In this document: piece by piece, positions 17,526-27,991 of the stretch | Numbering within the stretch: position 1 is the first letter of the stretch | Layout: the number at the start of each line of letters is the position of its first letter | NCBI GenBank assembly: GCA_963664295.1 | Contig: OY760935.1 | Coordinates: forward strand, 768,001-832,000 | Direction: 5' to 3' | From: Candidatus Altimarinota bacterium | GTDB taxonomy: Bacteria > Patescibacteriota > Gracilibacteria > CAIRYL01 > GCA-016699755 | Length of the DNA: 64,000 nt | Notes under the pieces: generated by a model | Told to the model about the DNA's origin: nothing | The model's input: the letters and a program-made list of their open reading frames with translations, nothing else | Databases searched by the model: none | Program-made: the position numbers and the translations under genes

Positions 17526-19616
17526 TTATTCTTGTGAAGCAGAAACCTCAATAGTCAAAGTTTCTGTAGATACATTATTTTTATCATCAAACACCTTCAA
17601 TTGTACAGTATAAACTCCAGGCTCTTTAAAAGTATGGGTCGGCTTTCTGGTTTTTTGCTTAATACCATCGCCAAAATCCCACTCCCAAACATCAGTAGAG
17701 CCAATAGTGCAAGAGGGATCAAAAGAAACAGTAAGAGGAGAAGTGCCCTCAGTTCTACTAGCAAGAAAACAAGCGGTAAGAGGTATTTCACGCACATAAA
17801 CTTTTTTTGTTGTTTTTGCACTTCTATCAGTATTGGTATAAATAGTTAAACTAACATCATAAATACCAACATTAGGATAATAGTGTTGAACCTGAGCACC
17901 AGTAAGCTCTGGATTAGATCCATCACCAAAGTCCCACTCAAAAGATACAATATTGCAACTATCTTCATCACACCAAGACTCAGAACCATCAAACTCAACA
18001 GTTAAAGGAGCAGTGCCAGTAGAAGGATTAGCCATAATCTCTGCTTGCAATTTTTGTTTTTCCGCAATAATTTTTATAATTTTTTCAACCACATTATCAT
18101 CAGCATCAATAAGTGTTAATTTAACATCATATTCTCCCTCTTCTCTAAAAATATACTCCACAACACTACCATTATCATCAACCTTATCATCACCATCAAA
18201 ATCCCAATTATAATCAATAATATTATTATCTTTATCCAAAGACTTAGAAGCATCAAATTTCACTGTTAAAGGTAATTGACCTTGCACAATACCTTTAGTA
18301 TTAGCTTTTGGTGTTGTTGTGATCACAGCCTCAGGCACAGAAATAGGCGCTTTAACTGTCACTGCTTTTTCTGTTTGATGAATATTACCCATTTCATCTT
18401 TTACAGTTAATTCAATATTATAAGTCCCTGGCTCTTCAAAAATATGAGTAATGGTTTCACCATGAATTGCAACAGAACCATCATTAAACTGCCATTGATA
18501 ATTTATAATTCTACCATCAACACTAAAAGAATCAGTACCAGTCAAAACAACTTTAAATGGAGCTGTTCCGCTATTTTCTGATATAAAGTTAATTACCGCA
18601 CCTATACGACCAGCACTCTCTCCTGTCACAGTAATTTTTTTCTCAAAAAGCTTAACATTACCACTATTATTTACAGCCCTGAGCTTAACATCATAAACAC
18701 CGATTTTCTCATAAGTAAAAACAGCTTTTGGCGTTTTTGTTGTCTCGTCAAACTCACCATCACCATCAAAATCCCAATCATAAGTACCTGTGCTAATGCT
18801 TTTTGTCACACTACTAGCATCAAAATTAACCCTGAGCGGTGCATCACCAACAGAAGGATCAGCCATAAACTCAGCTCCTTCTATTTCTAGTGTCAATTTA
18901 TAAGGACTAAAATCATTTTGTTCTTCTGTCACAACTTCAAGCTGAATTAAAAACTCACCAGAGGTACTAAAATGTTGAATAACACTATCTTCGGTTCTCA
19001 TTGGCTGAAAAACACCAGTACCAAAGTCCCACTTAAAACCCTCAACAGTATAGCCTTTTCTTTCAATGGATTTACGCACATCTTCTGCAGAAAATTTAAT
19101 ATCAATAGGCGCTTTTAAGTCTTCTGGGTCACCCTCTGTATACATCAAAATATTTGCGCCTGAAGAAGATTCAACAACAAAAGCATTTACAAAATTCCAC
19201 ATTCCCAACCACACAAGAATAACCACAAAAATCATTGCCGCACTGGTCAAGGATAATATAAAAGACCCTCGCCTCTTTAATTTCTGTTCTTTTTTTGTTG
19301 CTAAACCAAGAAAAAGAGCAATAGTAAATACAATTAAAAGCAACAACGAAAATCCACCAAAAACCCAGTTAACAAGTCCTAATAAAAAGTTTTTTGTGTC
19401 ATCTTCTGGCACCCCAAAAGCCTTTAAAACAGGATTTCCAGACCCTCCCACGCTCATTACAAAAATAAATAACGCAATAATCAACAAAAAAAGCATAAAA
19501 ATAGCTACAAATAAAGCTATTGCTGATTTTTTCTTTTTAGGTTTATTTTGCTTATCTCCAGAAGAACCTGTTTCCAGTTCTTGTAAAAATATACTTTTTT
19601 GTTTGTCTGTAGGCAT
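17526..19616 (-). CDS. Multi-PKD-domain membrane protein
   Basis: Three N-terminal TM helices then about six PKD repeats (WDFGDG/WDFDGDG, PGxYxVxLxV). Confidence 0.9.
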   Translation of the reverse strand: MPTDKQKSIFLQELETGSSGDKQNKPKKKKSAIALFVAIFMLFLLIIALFIFVMSVGGSGNPVLKAFGVPEDDTKNFLLGLVNWVFGGFSLLLLIVFTIALFLGLATKKEQKLKRRGSFILSLTSAAMIFVVILVWLGMWNFVNAFVVESSSGANILMYTEGDPEDLKAPIDIKFSAEDVRKSIERKGYTVEGFKWDFGTGVFQPMRTEDSVIQHFSTSGEFLIQLEVVTEEQNDFSPYKLTLEIEGAEFMADPSVGDAPLRVNFDASSVTKSISTGTYDWDFDGDGEFDETTKTPKAVFTYEKIGVYDVKLRAVNNSGNVKLFEKKITVTGESAGRIGAVINFISENSGTAPFKVVLTGTDSFSVDGRIINYQWQFNDGSVAIHGETITHIFEEPGTYNIELTVKDEMGNIHQTEKAVTVKAPISVPEAVITTTPKANTKGIVQGQLPLTVKFDASKSLDKDNNIIDYNWDFDGDDKVDDNGSVVEYIFREEGEYDVKLTLIDADDNVVEKIIKIIAEKQKLQAEIMANPSTGTAPLTVEFDGSESWCDEDSCNIVSFEWDFGDGSNPELTGAQVQHYYPNVGIYDVSLTIYTNTDRSAKTTKKVYVREIPLTACFLASRTEGTSPLTVSFDPSCTIGSTDVWEWDFGDGIKQKTRKPTHTFKEPGVYTVQLKVFDDKNNVSTETLTIEVSASQE

Positions 19617-19631
19617 TTTTATTATTAAAAA

Positions 19632-19895
19632 TCAAAGTGAATCAATTTCAGATTCAATTTCTTTAATTATCTGTTCTTTTTCACTATTTTCATTGTGTTT
19701 TGTCAAATCTTTAAGTTGATTTTCCTTAAATTTCTTAAATTTTTCAAGCTCAAGAACTAAAATTTCCATTATTTTTAACCTCTTATCATCTGCTAAGTTC
19801 TGCACTTTTGCCAAAAAACTAGCTTTATTCTCACTTGGTATTTCCAAAGCGTCTAAAATTAACTCCACCTGATCTAAAAATTCTTTTTGGTCCAT
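19632..19895 (-). CDS. Hypothetical protein
   Basis: 87-aa ORF, co-oriented and closely spaced with the PKD gene. Confidence 0.65.
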   Translation of the reverse strand: MDQKEFLDQVELILDALEIPSENKASFLAKVQNLADDKRLKIMEILVLELEKFKKFKENQLKDLTKHNENSEKEQIIKEIESEIDSL

Positions 19896-19958
19896 TTATA
19901 GATAATTATTCATATAATTATACCAAAAAGAAAGCAGTTTTTCAAGTGAATAAGCTAG

Positions 19959-20627
19959 TTAAACCCTTTTTTCTTGCTCATCCCCAAGACCAGCATCAGC
20001 AATAAAAATATTATTTTGCTCAATTTTTCTAGTTGGTTCATAAAACCAACCCTCTGGCGTATCTTCTATTGCGCTATTTATAGACGCAAACATTTCCTCT
20101 TTTGGCTTTGCGAACAATTGATAATCTTTTGCAAAAAAATCAGCAACAAATTTGCCAGGTGTTTTTAAAAATTTACCTTTATCATGCCTTTTAACATAAG
20201 AAAAAGCACTTTCCAAAGAAGCAAGTATTGTCTCAACTTCATTGGTATCTAACTCTAAAAATCCTTTTTCACCAAGTCCAAACCAAGTGTCTTTTTTATA
20301 AAGCTCAATAACCCTTTCTAAAGCTGTCACAAAATAAAGTGGCTCAAGCATGCCCTCTTTGGCACTAATCATCTCATTAATTTCTTGTGCTACAAATTGA
20401 CCAACTTTTTCTTTTGTAGCCTTACTACCCTTTGCCTTTTCAAGGCGCTTATTTAAATCCTTAATTTGTTCAACTAAAAAAGAAGTTTTATGAGTAAAAA
20501 GCTCTGCTAATTGTGTTCTATTAGCAACTTCAATATTACCATTTTTAGCCAAAATAAAATGTTCTTTTACTTCTTCGGACCGATCCGGATCTTCACTTGG
20601 CCTTTTCGCAAAAGCAAATTCACTCAT
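19959..20627 (-). CDS. Hypothetical protein
   Basis: 222-aa ORF with ATG start. Confidence 0.7.
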   Translation of the reverse strand: MSEFAFAKRPSEDPDRSEEVKEHFILAKNGNIEVANRTQLAELFTHKTSFLVEQIKDLNKRLEKAKGSKATKEKVGQFVAQEINEMISAKEGMLEPLYFVTALERVIELYKKDTWFGLGEKGFLELDTNEVETILASLESAFSYVKRHDKGKFLKTPGKFVADFFAKDYQLFAKPKEEMFASINSAIEDTPEGWFYEPTRKIEQNNIFIADAGLGDEQEKRV

Positions 20628-20667
20628 TTTTATTTTTTATATTATATTATTATAACATAAAAAATAA

Positions 20668-21261
20668 TCAGAGTAAACTAAAATGCCACCACTCAGATTT
20701 TATCCCCTCAAAACCAGATTTAATCATCACACTCTTTAGTAATTCCCTATTTTTCTGAGCTTTTTTGTCTTTTTCTGTTTTCGGTGGATTTTTTTGAAAA
20801 AAATCCATATGAGCTTTTTCTGAAAAATCATCAAAATCTGTGCCCATTTCTAATAAAACATTTTTTTCTTTATCAAATAAAGTTAAATCAATAGTAAAAC
20901 CATGCTGATGCAAAGCTCGCTCATCAGGAAAGGCAACAAAAATATTAGTCATTTCCAATAATTCATCATTCACTAGAGATGGAAATTGTTTTTTTCTTTT
21001 TTGATAAAGCTCATCAAAAAGTTCTTTCTGAAGCTCTAAAGGGCGAAAACCATCCCAAAACAAAAAACAAATATTATCAGGCAACAATTTTTCTGCTTTT
21101 TTTAATACCTCCAAAGCCTCTTTTTTTAAATAAACTTTTTCCAAAGCCCACTTATAACCACGATCAAAATACTCTGGCTTTACTAAAAATCCATATTTTT
21201 CTGCACACAAAAGATTATCAGGACAATTAGGATTAATTTTTTGATAATCAGCAAGGATCAT
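20668..21261 (-). CDS. D-alanyl-D-alanine dipeptidase (M15, VanX/DdpX family)
   Basis: WDGFRP, HQHGFTIDLTL, MGTDFDDF, EWWHFS. Confidence 0.9.
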   Translation of the reverse strand: MILADYQKINPNCPDNLLCAEKYGFLVKPEYFDRGYKWALEKVYLKKEALEVLKKAEKLLPDNICFLFWDGFRPLELQKELFDELYQKRKKQFPSLVNDELLEMTNIFVAFPDERALHQHGFTIDLTLFDKEKNVLLEMGTDFDDFSEKAHMDFFQKNPPKTEKDKKAQKNRELLKSVMIKSGFEGIKSEWWHFSLL

Positions 21262-22844
21262 AAAATTTCTTTAAGGCGACTAATTACAAAATCACGATCC
21301 AAAGCAGAAAGCAAAAAACCAGCCTTAGGACCACTTTCCCTACCTAAAAATGCTTTATAAATCGGCACAAAAACATCTCTTGGCGCAAGAGCAAGTTCTT
21401 CTTTTAATTCATGGAAAAATCCATGCAAATCATGCCCGTAAACTTCTTGGTGGCTTTCAAAAAATTCCAAGATTTTTTCCAATACTTTTTTATTTTCTTC
21501 TGTAAATTCACTCTTATCAATTGGTAATTCGTCAGAAATTTTAAATATAAACTTCTCTGGCGCTTGTTCATTAAGCCATTTTTGTACATATTCAATTCTC
21601 CTTTGTGAAGCATCTTTTTCGTCAGAAGTAAGTGGTGCTTCCTTCATTTCTTCCAACTTTTCTGCAATATCAACATGCGGAACTTGAACCAAAAAAGCCA
21701 AATCACGAAAACGAGGCCTAAAAATAGGTTTTTGATCAGGTAAATCATTAAAATCAAAACAAATTTGATACTGTCTTGCAAAATCAGCCTTACTTTCATC
21801 ACCTTCAAAATAAATTTTCTCTAAACGATCAAATTCATCAAAAAGATTTGGAATAGTATCCCCAGTAGGATCAAAATCAATTGCTCTTTTTGGTGGTTTA
21901 CCAACTAATAAAAGCCTAGTTATTTCCTGTGGTAAAAGATCAGAAATCTCTTTAGCGCTTGCTCCTGATCCTTTTGAGCTAGACATTTTTTTACCACCAA
22001 CTAAGACAAACTCGTGTGGAATATCAAAAGGTGAAGAATGTTTAAATACTTCTTCGCAAATAGCACGAGAAACATCTCTTGAACCTCCTTTGGTATAATG
22101 ATCTTTTCCTGCCCCCTCAATATCTACACCAACTACAGCCCACTTTGCTGCCCATTCTACTTTCCAAGGTAAAGTTGCTTGACCATCAAAAGGCGAAATT
22201 CTGCCTTTTTCTCCACAACCTTCAGCCCAGGAAACCTGATCTGGTAAACACTCAAAAGCTACAGTCTCTCCATCAAAATCAGAAACATGAGTAGTGCCAA
22301 CCTTGCCACATTTTGGACAAACAACGTTCAAAGGAAACCAAGTATCTGGCTTTTCGCTTTTGGCAACTCTTTTATAAATTTCACGGATTTGATCCGCATG
22401 CTCCAAAGCTAAACGAATTACATCATTAAATTTACCAGCTTGATATAAATCAGAAAGTCGATAAAACTCTGGCTTAAAATCAATTGATTCAATTACTTTT
22501 TTGTATTCACCTGCATAAAACTCTGCAAAATTTTTTGCTTTTCCATCAGGCGAAGGAATGGTATATAAAGGCTGTCCCATGTATTTACGAAAACTTTCAT
22601 CAAGACCCACAGGAAAGCCGTCCATAGGATCTGTGTCATTAATTTCAAAAAGAAACTTTGCCTTCACTCCTTTTTCATTTAAAACCTGAGCAACAAGCCC
22701 ATGAATAGCTGCGGCACGCAAAGATCCAATATGAACCCTGCCTGAGGCTGTTTTTTCATCACGCACAACAAGTTCCTCACCATTTTTAATTCTGTCTGCA
22801 AATCTATTTTGAATTTGCTCTGTAATATCATCTGCCCAAAACAT
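21258..22844 (-). CDS. lysS: Lysine--tRNA ligase, class I
   Basis: MFWAD, SGRVHIGS (HIGH-like), WKVEWAAKW, GKDH, KMSSSKG. Confidence 0.95.
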   Translation of the reverse strand: MFWADDITEQIQNRFADRIKNGEELVVRDEKTASGRVHIGSLRAAAIHGLVAQVLNEKGVKAKFLFEINDTDPMDGFPVGLDESFRKYMGQPLYTIPSPDGKAKNFAEFYAGEYKKVIESIDFKPEFYRLSDLYQAGKFNDVIRLALEHADQIREIYKRVAKSEKPDTWFPLNVVCPKCGKVGTTHVSDFDGETVAFECLPDQVSWAEGCGEKGRISPFDGQATLPWKVEWAAKWAVVGVDIEGAGKDHYTKGGSRDVSRAICEEVFKHSSPFDIPHEFVLVGGKKMSSSKGSGASAKEISDLLPQEITRLLLVGKPPKRAIDFDPTGDTIPNLFDEFDRLEKIYFEGDESKADFARQYQICFDFNDLPDQKPIFRPRFRDLAFLVQVPHVDIAEKLEEMKEAPLTSDEKDASQRRIEYVQKWLNEQAPEKFIFKISDELPIDKSEFTEENKKVLEKILEFFESHQEVYGHDLHGFFHELKEELALAPRDVFVPIYKAFLGRESGPKAGFLLSALDRDFVISRLKEIL

Positions 22845-22926
22845 AGTATTAATTAAATAAGCTTTAGTATTCTAGCTCTAAATAAGATACTGGACAATAA
22901 AAATTATTGCTTTAAAATAAGCTCAC

Positions 22927-23970
22927 GTGAACACAAGAGCAAAAAATATAGTTTATAATGCTTGGGAGATAGTTAAAAAAGAGCGCCATCTCATTAAGTT
23001 TGGATTTTGGCCATCTTTTTTTGTGCTCATTGTTAGTGGTGCTTATATTTTTTATCAAATCCAAGCTTTTATGCATTCACCTTTGTTCTCAAGTAAGCAT
23101 ATTAACTACACAAAAATATTTAGCATTGTATTAGATTTTGCAAAATCCAACCAAGGAATATCAATAGCTTTTATTATTACAGCCATTTTAGTACTTATTG
23201 CTTATTTCTTTCTGCCAATTATTTGCGAAGGTGCATTAGTTCATTTAATTTCTAATATCTACCATGGCAAAGAATCAAAACATGGTCTTTCCACTGGTAT
23301 TTTTCGCTTTTTACCACTCTTTGAGACTAATGTTGTAAAAGGCACAATGAAGCCAACTTCATTTTTTACAGAATGGTCTTTTGTAATTCGCAATCTTGGA
23401 CCTGGCCGTGCCTGGCTTCTAACTCCATTTTTAATATTTTTTCTTTTAATCGGCGTTGTAATGCTTTTTTTCTTCGCTTTTACAAGCCAATTTATAGTAT
23501 TAGAAAAAGACAGCTTTGCACTTAGTATAAAAAACTCAATCAAAATGGTAATTCGTAATATAGGCACTACCTTTTCACTCTTTTTAATCTTTATCTTAAT
23601 TGAACTTAGAGTAATTCTAAATATTGCAGTAATTTTATTTATCCCAATAGCTGTAATTTTTATTAGCGGTATTTTTAACACACTTCTTTCTATGGAAACA
23701 GTGGCAATAATAATTGCCGGAATAGTTGTTTTAATTTTGTTAGTATTAACAGCCTACATCACAGGCACCTTATCTGTATTTGCAAACGCCATTTGGACAT
23801 TAGCTTATTTAGAATTTAAAAAAGAAGAACAAGAAGATGAAATAGTAAAAACGCCACCTTCACAAGCAGAAGAAGACCAAGAAAGTCCAGATAGTCCTGA
23901 ACAAGCTATAAATCCTTCACCAAATACAAACCCTGATCCAAATAACCCAATTTCCGCCAATAATTTTTAA
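22927..23970 (+). CDS. Polytopic membrane protein
   Basis: Several TM helices, GTG start, Pro/Asn-rich tail; 3' end overlaps elp3 by 65 bp. Confidence 0.75.
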   Translation: MNTRAKNIVYNAWEIVKKERHLIKFGFWPSFFVLIVSGAYIFYQIQAFMHSPLFSSKHINYTKIFSIVLDFAKSNQGISIAFIITAILVLIAYFFLPIICEGALVHLISNIYHGKESKHGLSTGIFRFLPLFETNVVKGTMKPTSFFTEWSFVIRNLGPGRAWLLTPFLIFFLLIGVVMLFFFAFTSQFIVLEKDSFALSIKNSIKMVIRNIGTTFSLFLIFILIELRVILNIAVILFIPIAVIFISGIFNTLLSMETVAIIIAGIVVLILLVLTAYITGTLSVFANAIWTLAYLEFKKEEQEDEIVKTPPSQAEEDQESPDSPEQAINPSPNTNPDPNNPISANNF

Positions 23971-25573
23971 CACCAATTCCTGAAATAACAGCCATTTTTT
24001 GATAGCCAAACTTTTCTTTAGCTATTTTTTCCGCTTGTTCAACTAATTTCTTACCCAACCCGCTATGCTGAGCTTTTTTTTCTTTTTTCACACCAACGGG
24101 CACAACTTCACCATAAGTATGTAATTCCCTAATTAAAGCCACATTTTCCAATTCTTCAAAAATCGGCTTATTTTTTGATGGAATTCTAAGTCGCAATAAG
24201 GTCAAAAGCTTATCATTTTCCGTTTCATAAGAAAGAAAAAACTCTTTTCCGCCAGAAGCACCAAACTCTCTACAAATAAAATTAGCCTCCTTAAAATCTT
24301 CACCTTTTATTTCTCGACAACGAATACAATTACACTTTTCACCTTTTTTCTTTAATTCTTCTAGTAAATGTTGGCGCATATTTGTTGTTTTTGAACCAGC
24401 CAAAATAGAAGTAGCAGGAATGTCGCGCACAAGCCTAGATATGCGCACCCACGGCGGACACATTTTTTTAATTTCCATCAAAAGAGGAAATAATTCTTTT
24501 TCTGTCAAAGGTTGATATTTGCCAGATTTATACCACTCTGCCAACTCAGAAAAAGGCGCAACAGTGCAAGGATATATCTTCAAAAAGTCCGGCTTAAAAT
24601 CATCATGCTCAAAGATTTCCTTAAAAACTTGTATATCTTTCTCGGGATCAGATCCAGGCAAACCCGGCATAACATGATAACCAATTTTAAAACCAGTATC
24701 TTTAAGCATTTTCACAGCATCAACACTCTCTTTTCTGCCATGACCTCTTTTACAAAGCTCTAAAGCTTCATCATCGGTACTTTGAACACCAAGCTCAACC
24801 TTGGTACAACCTAATTCACGCAAAAACTTAACTTCTTCTTTGTTGATATAATCAGGCCTAGTCTCAATAACTAAAGCAATACAGCGATGATCAGAATTTT
24901 CATTTTCTTTTTGTGCTTGCCCTAAATCAACTTCTCTATTTTCATCATCCTGATTTAGTGCCTGCAAAGCACGAGTCACAAATTCTTCACGATAATCATT
25001 GGGTAGATCAGAAAAAGTTCCACCCAAAATAATCAATTCAATTTTTGAGGTATCATGTCCTGTCAAAGTTAATGATTTTAAGCGTGATTTAACCTGAGTA
25101 AATGGATCAAAATCTGCCAAAAGAGCTCGCGAAGCCGCAGGTTCATTAGAAAAATAAGACTTCGGCATTACATCATTGCCAGATTTTTTATATTCAGATG
25201 GAATAGCATCAGCATTTTTCTTGTCTTTTGCATCTTGCTCAAAAAGAGTTTCTCCTTTTTCTCCAGCAATTTCCTGTGGACAAAAAACACACTTACCAGG
25301 ACAAGAAAAAGGCTTAGTCAAGATAGTAATAACCGCAACTCCGCTTTGAGTGCGCACTTTTCTTTTTTGCAACAACTTAATAATGTTTTCTGGAAAACCA
25401 ATCCCTGTACGCAAAACTTCAATATTAGAAATCGTAGGGATTTTTTCTGTTTCACAAATTTTATTTTTAATTTTCTCTAATTCTTCAAAAGTTTCTGGCT
25501 TTTGTTTAATAATCTCTCTGGCTATCTTCAGAGCTAAATCTTTATTTTTTGGCTTATTAAAAGGAAAATTCAT
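23906..25573 (-). CDS. elp3: Elp3-family radical SAM / acetyltransferase (tRNA U34 modification)
   Basis: VRTQSGVA, CPGKCVFCP, MPKSY, GGTF, ETRPD, VELGVQ, LKIYP, RDIP, CIRCRE, RELHTYG, QHSGLG, ISGIGV; ATG at 25573. Confidence 0.93.
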   Translation of the reverse strand: MNFPFNKPKNKDLALKIAREIIKQKPETFEELEKIKNKICETEKIPTISNIEVLRTGIGFPENIIKLLQKRKVRTQSGVAVITILTKPFSCPGKCVFCPQEIAGEKGETLFEQDAKDKKNADAIPSEYKKSGNDVMPKSYFSNEPAASRALLADFDPFTQVKSRLKSLTLTGHDTSKIELIILGGTFSDLPNDYREEFVTRALQALNQDDENREVDLGQAQKENENSDHRCIALVIETRPDYINKEEVKFLRELGCTKVELGVQSTDDEALELCKRGHGRKESVDAVKMLKDTGFKIGYHVMPGLPGSDPEKDIQVFKEIFEHDDFKPDFLKIYPCTVAPFSELAEWYKSGKYQPLTEKELFPLLMEIKKMCPPWVRISRLVRDIPATSILAGSKTTNMRQHLLEELKKKGEKCNCIRCREIKGEDFKEANFICREFGASGGKEFFLSYETENDKLLTLLRLRIPSKNKPIFEELENVALIRELHTYGEVVPVGVKKEKKAQHSGLGKKLVEQAEKIAKEKFGYQKMAVISGIGVKNYWRKLGYLDQGLYLVKDL

Positions 25574-25577
25574 AATA

Positions 25578-27353
25578 TTAGCTTGCCTCAAGTAATGCTT
25601 TTTGTCTTTCTATTCTAGTTATTTCTACAATTTTTTCAACCACCATTCTGCGTAAATGAACTGGAACTTCTCCTTTTAATTCTTTTAATGTTTCCAATGA
25701 AGAAACATCATTTGGAATGTCTTGTAAAACTTGTCTTAAAGCATTTTCCTGACCTTTGTCAGTGCTATAAATATTAACTTTTTCAACAAAAGCTTCTGTT
25801 GTTTTCTTTTCTACTGGCTGACTACCAGGAAAACCAGCACGAACAGGCAAAGAAGCTTCCACTACTTCCGAAATAAGCTCATCTTCTGCCTCTTCTGCTA
25901 CCTTGCTAGCAGGTAATATTTCTTCTTGTAATTCTGATAATATCTCCAACTCTTCTGATTTTTGATCCAACATTTCTGCTCTAATTTCTGGATCAAGCAC
26001 AATTTCTTCTTCAGACAAAGCCTGCAGTTCTTCAGTAAAAGTTTCCAAATGAGCCTCTGCCATACCTCTATTGTCAGTAGAGGCAAGACTATGAACTTCC
26101 CATAAAGTTTCTTTTGTTGCTCTTGCTTTTACTGCCACAGGATCAGTAGAAAAATTTTCCAAAGCTTCTTCTATGGCTTTTTTAGCAGGAAAAAATTCAT
26201 CGTTCGGAGTAGAAAACTGCAAATATTTTTTACCTTTTTGTAGCTCAAGCTCAACAACAGTAAGCAAACTAGGATCAAGCTCAACTGCTTTATTTAAATT
26301 ACTAAAAAAATTATCAAAATCTTGTTCTGATTTTTCTATTTCACCTTTTTTAATTGCCAATAAGGCTTCATAAAAATCTCTTTTAGCTAGCGCTAAATAC
26401 TTTTCACCAGTCTCAGATTGAAATGTTAAAGACACATTTTCTTTTAACTTAGCAAAAGAACTTTCTAAATACTCTGTTTCTTTGTCTATAAAATTATCAA
26501 TATACTTTTGATCAAGCGCTATGTTTACTTGTACCCACTCTTCAGTCTTTTCTTCATTAGTAATTTTTTGTATTTCACCTAATCCCAAAAGAGTAGATCG
26601 CACCTCCTTGCCAGCTATCAAAATAATAGACTTACGGTTTCTTTCTCCTCTGTATGAAACCCTGGAGCTTCGCTCAAACATACGCACAATATTGATATTA
26701 CCATTTCTTTCAAGATCAAAAGCACTATTTTCTGGAGTAATCATTAAATCACCAGAATAAACTTCAATTCCTGTGTAATCACTTTTTTCACCTAATGTTT
26801 TTAGCCAAATTCGACCAAAATCAACCTCGATAGCAACAGTGCCAACATCAGAAACAATAGGATGGGGAACAAGATTTTTAATTTTTACTCTTGTGTTTGA
26901 ATCAAGCCTTAAAACCGAGTCCTCAAAAAACACAACAGAAGCAGATGAATCTTCACCAGTACGCAAAATATCACCACTACCCAAAATATCTTCAACCTCT
27001 ACAGAATAAAAATCAGAACCATTATCCGAAACCTCAACAACACCCTTAATATCTTCAATATAAGTTTTTTCACCAGCAGAAGTAGGTATAGAATATAAGA
27101 AAAAACCACCAATAAAAATTAGAAACACAGAAAGAGCACCAGTAAAAGCAAATCCTCTCATAAAACTTAACAAAGGTGCTTGTTGGGCTTTTCTTGGGTC
27201 TTTAACAGGGATAAAAGGAAAAATCTTATGAATAAGTGTTTTATTTTTTTCAAGACTTTTTAAGTAGATATTATTCTTTACTTTTTCTCGAAATTTTTGT
27301 GAAGGATTTACCCTACCTATCTGCCGTAATTTGTTTCGAAATCTTTTTTGCAT
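25578..27353 (-). CDS. FecR-domain membrane protein, putative anti-sigma factor
   Basis: Short basic N-terminus, TM helix, GDILRTGEDSSASVVFFEDSVLRLDSNT FecR-like motif; directly downstream of an ECF sigma. Confidence 0.8.
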   Translation of the reverse strand: MQKRFRNKLRQIGRVNPSQKFREKVKNNIYLKSLEKNKTLIHKIFPFIPVKDPRKAQQAPLLSFMRGFAFTGALSVFLIFIGGFFLYSIPTSAGEKTYIEDIKGVVEVSDNGSDFYSVEVEDILGSGDILRTGEDSSASVVFFEDSVLRLDSNTRVKIKNLVPHPIVSDVGTVAIEVDFGRIWLKTLGEKSDYTGIEVYSGDLMITPENSAFDLERNGNINIVRMFERSSRVSYRGERNRKSIILIAGKEVRSTLLGLGEIQKITNEEKTEEWVQVNIALDQKYIDNFIDKETEYLESSFAKLKENVSLTFQSETGEKYLALAKRDFYEALLAIKKGEIEKSEQDFDNFFSNLNKAVELDPSLLTVVELELQKGKKYLQFSTPNDEFFPAKKAIEEALENFSTDPVAVKARATKETLWEVHSLASTDNRGMAEAHLETFTEELQALSEEEIVLDPEIRAEMLDQKSEELEILSELQEEILPASKVAEEAEDELISEVVEASLPVRAGFPGSQPVEKKTTEAFVEKVNIYSTDKGQENALRQVLQDIPNDVSSLETLKELKGEVPVHLRRMVVEKIVEITRIERQKALLEAS

Positions 27354-27383
27354 ATTTGTCCTATTATTTAAACGAAAAAGTTG

Positions 27384-27938
27384 TTATTTTGTTTCATCTT
27401 CTGTCATAATTTCTCGAAGTCTTTTTAGCCCTCTAGAAAGCAATATTCTTGTTGCCCCTTCTGATTTCTTGAGCACAGTTGCAATTTCTTGATTAGAAAG
27501 ATCAGAAAAATAACGCAAAGAAACTGCATCAGCCTGTAAGGCAGGAATTTGTTTCAATGCTTCTAATAATTTTCTTCGCTCAAAATCTCGCTCCGCATTG
27601 CGAATAATGTCATTTTCCGCATTCTTATCAACTTCCTCATCAGAAAGTTCTAAAGTGTCTTTTCTTTTACGCCAAAAATCAGTCACTGTGTTTTTTGCTA
27701 TTTGAAAAAGCCAAGCAGAAAAAGGAATATTTTTCCTTTTTTGAAAACTTGATAAATTCTCCCATGCTTTTAAAAAAACCTCTTCTGTTAAATCTTCAGC
27801 ATCTTCTGTAGTGTCAACTCGAAAATAAACAAATCTATAAATTGAAGTTAAAAATAAATCAAAAAGCTCACCAAATGCCTCTGCATCACCATTTTGAGAT
27901 TTTAAAACTAAGCCGTCAATATTTACGCCAAAATCCAT
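27384..27938 (-). CDS. ECF-family RNA polymerase sigma factor
   Basis: DAEDLTEEVFLKAW, FSAWLFQIAKN, region 4 LRYFSDLSNQEIA...SRGLKRLR. Confidence 0.95.
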   Translation of the reverse strand: MDFGVNIDGLVLKSQNGDAEAFGELFDLFLTSIYRFVYFRVDTTEDAEDLTEEVFLKAWENLSSFQKRKNIPFSAWLFQIAKNTVTDFWRKRKDTLELSDEEVDKNAENDIIRNAERDFERRKLLEALKQIPALQADAVSLRYFSDLSNQEIATVLKKSEGATRILLSRGLKRLREIMTEDETK

Positions 27939-27991
27939 AATACTTTAAACGCAAGTATTATCTTAATTTTGTCTTATAAATTCAAGCAAAA

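Noticed and set aside
19066-19719. 217-aa + strand ORF and similar long antisense ORFs (47753-48229, 23259-23681)
   Set aside because: Fully overlap well-supported genes on the opposite strand and have no motifs
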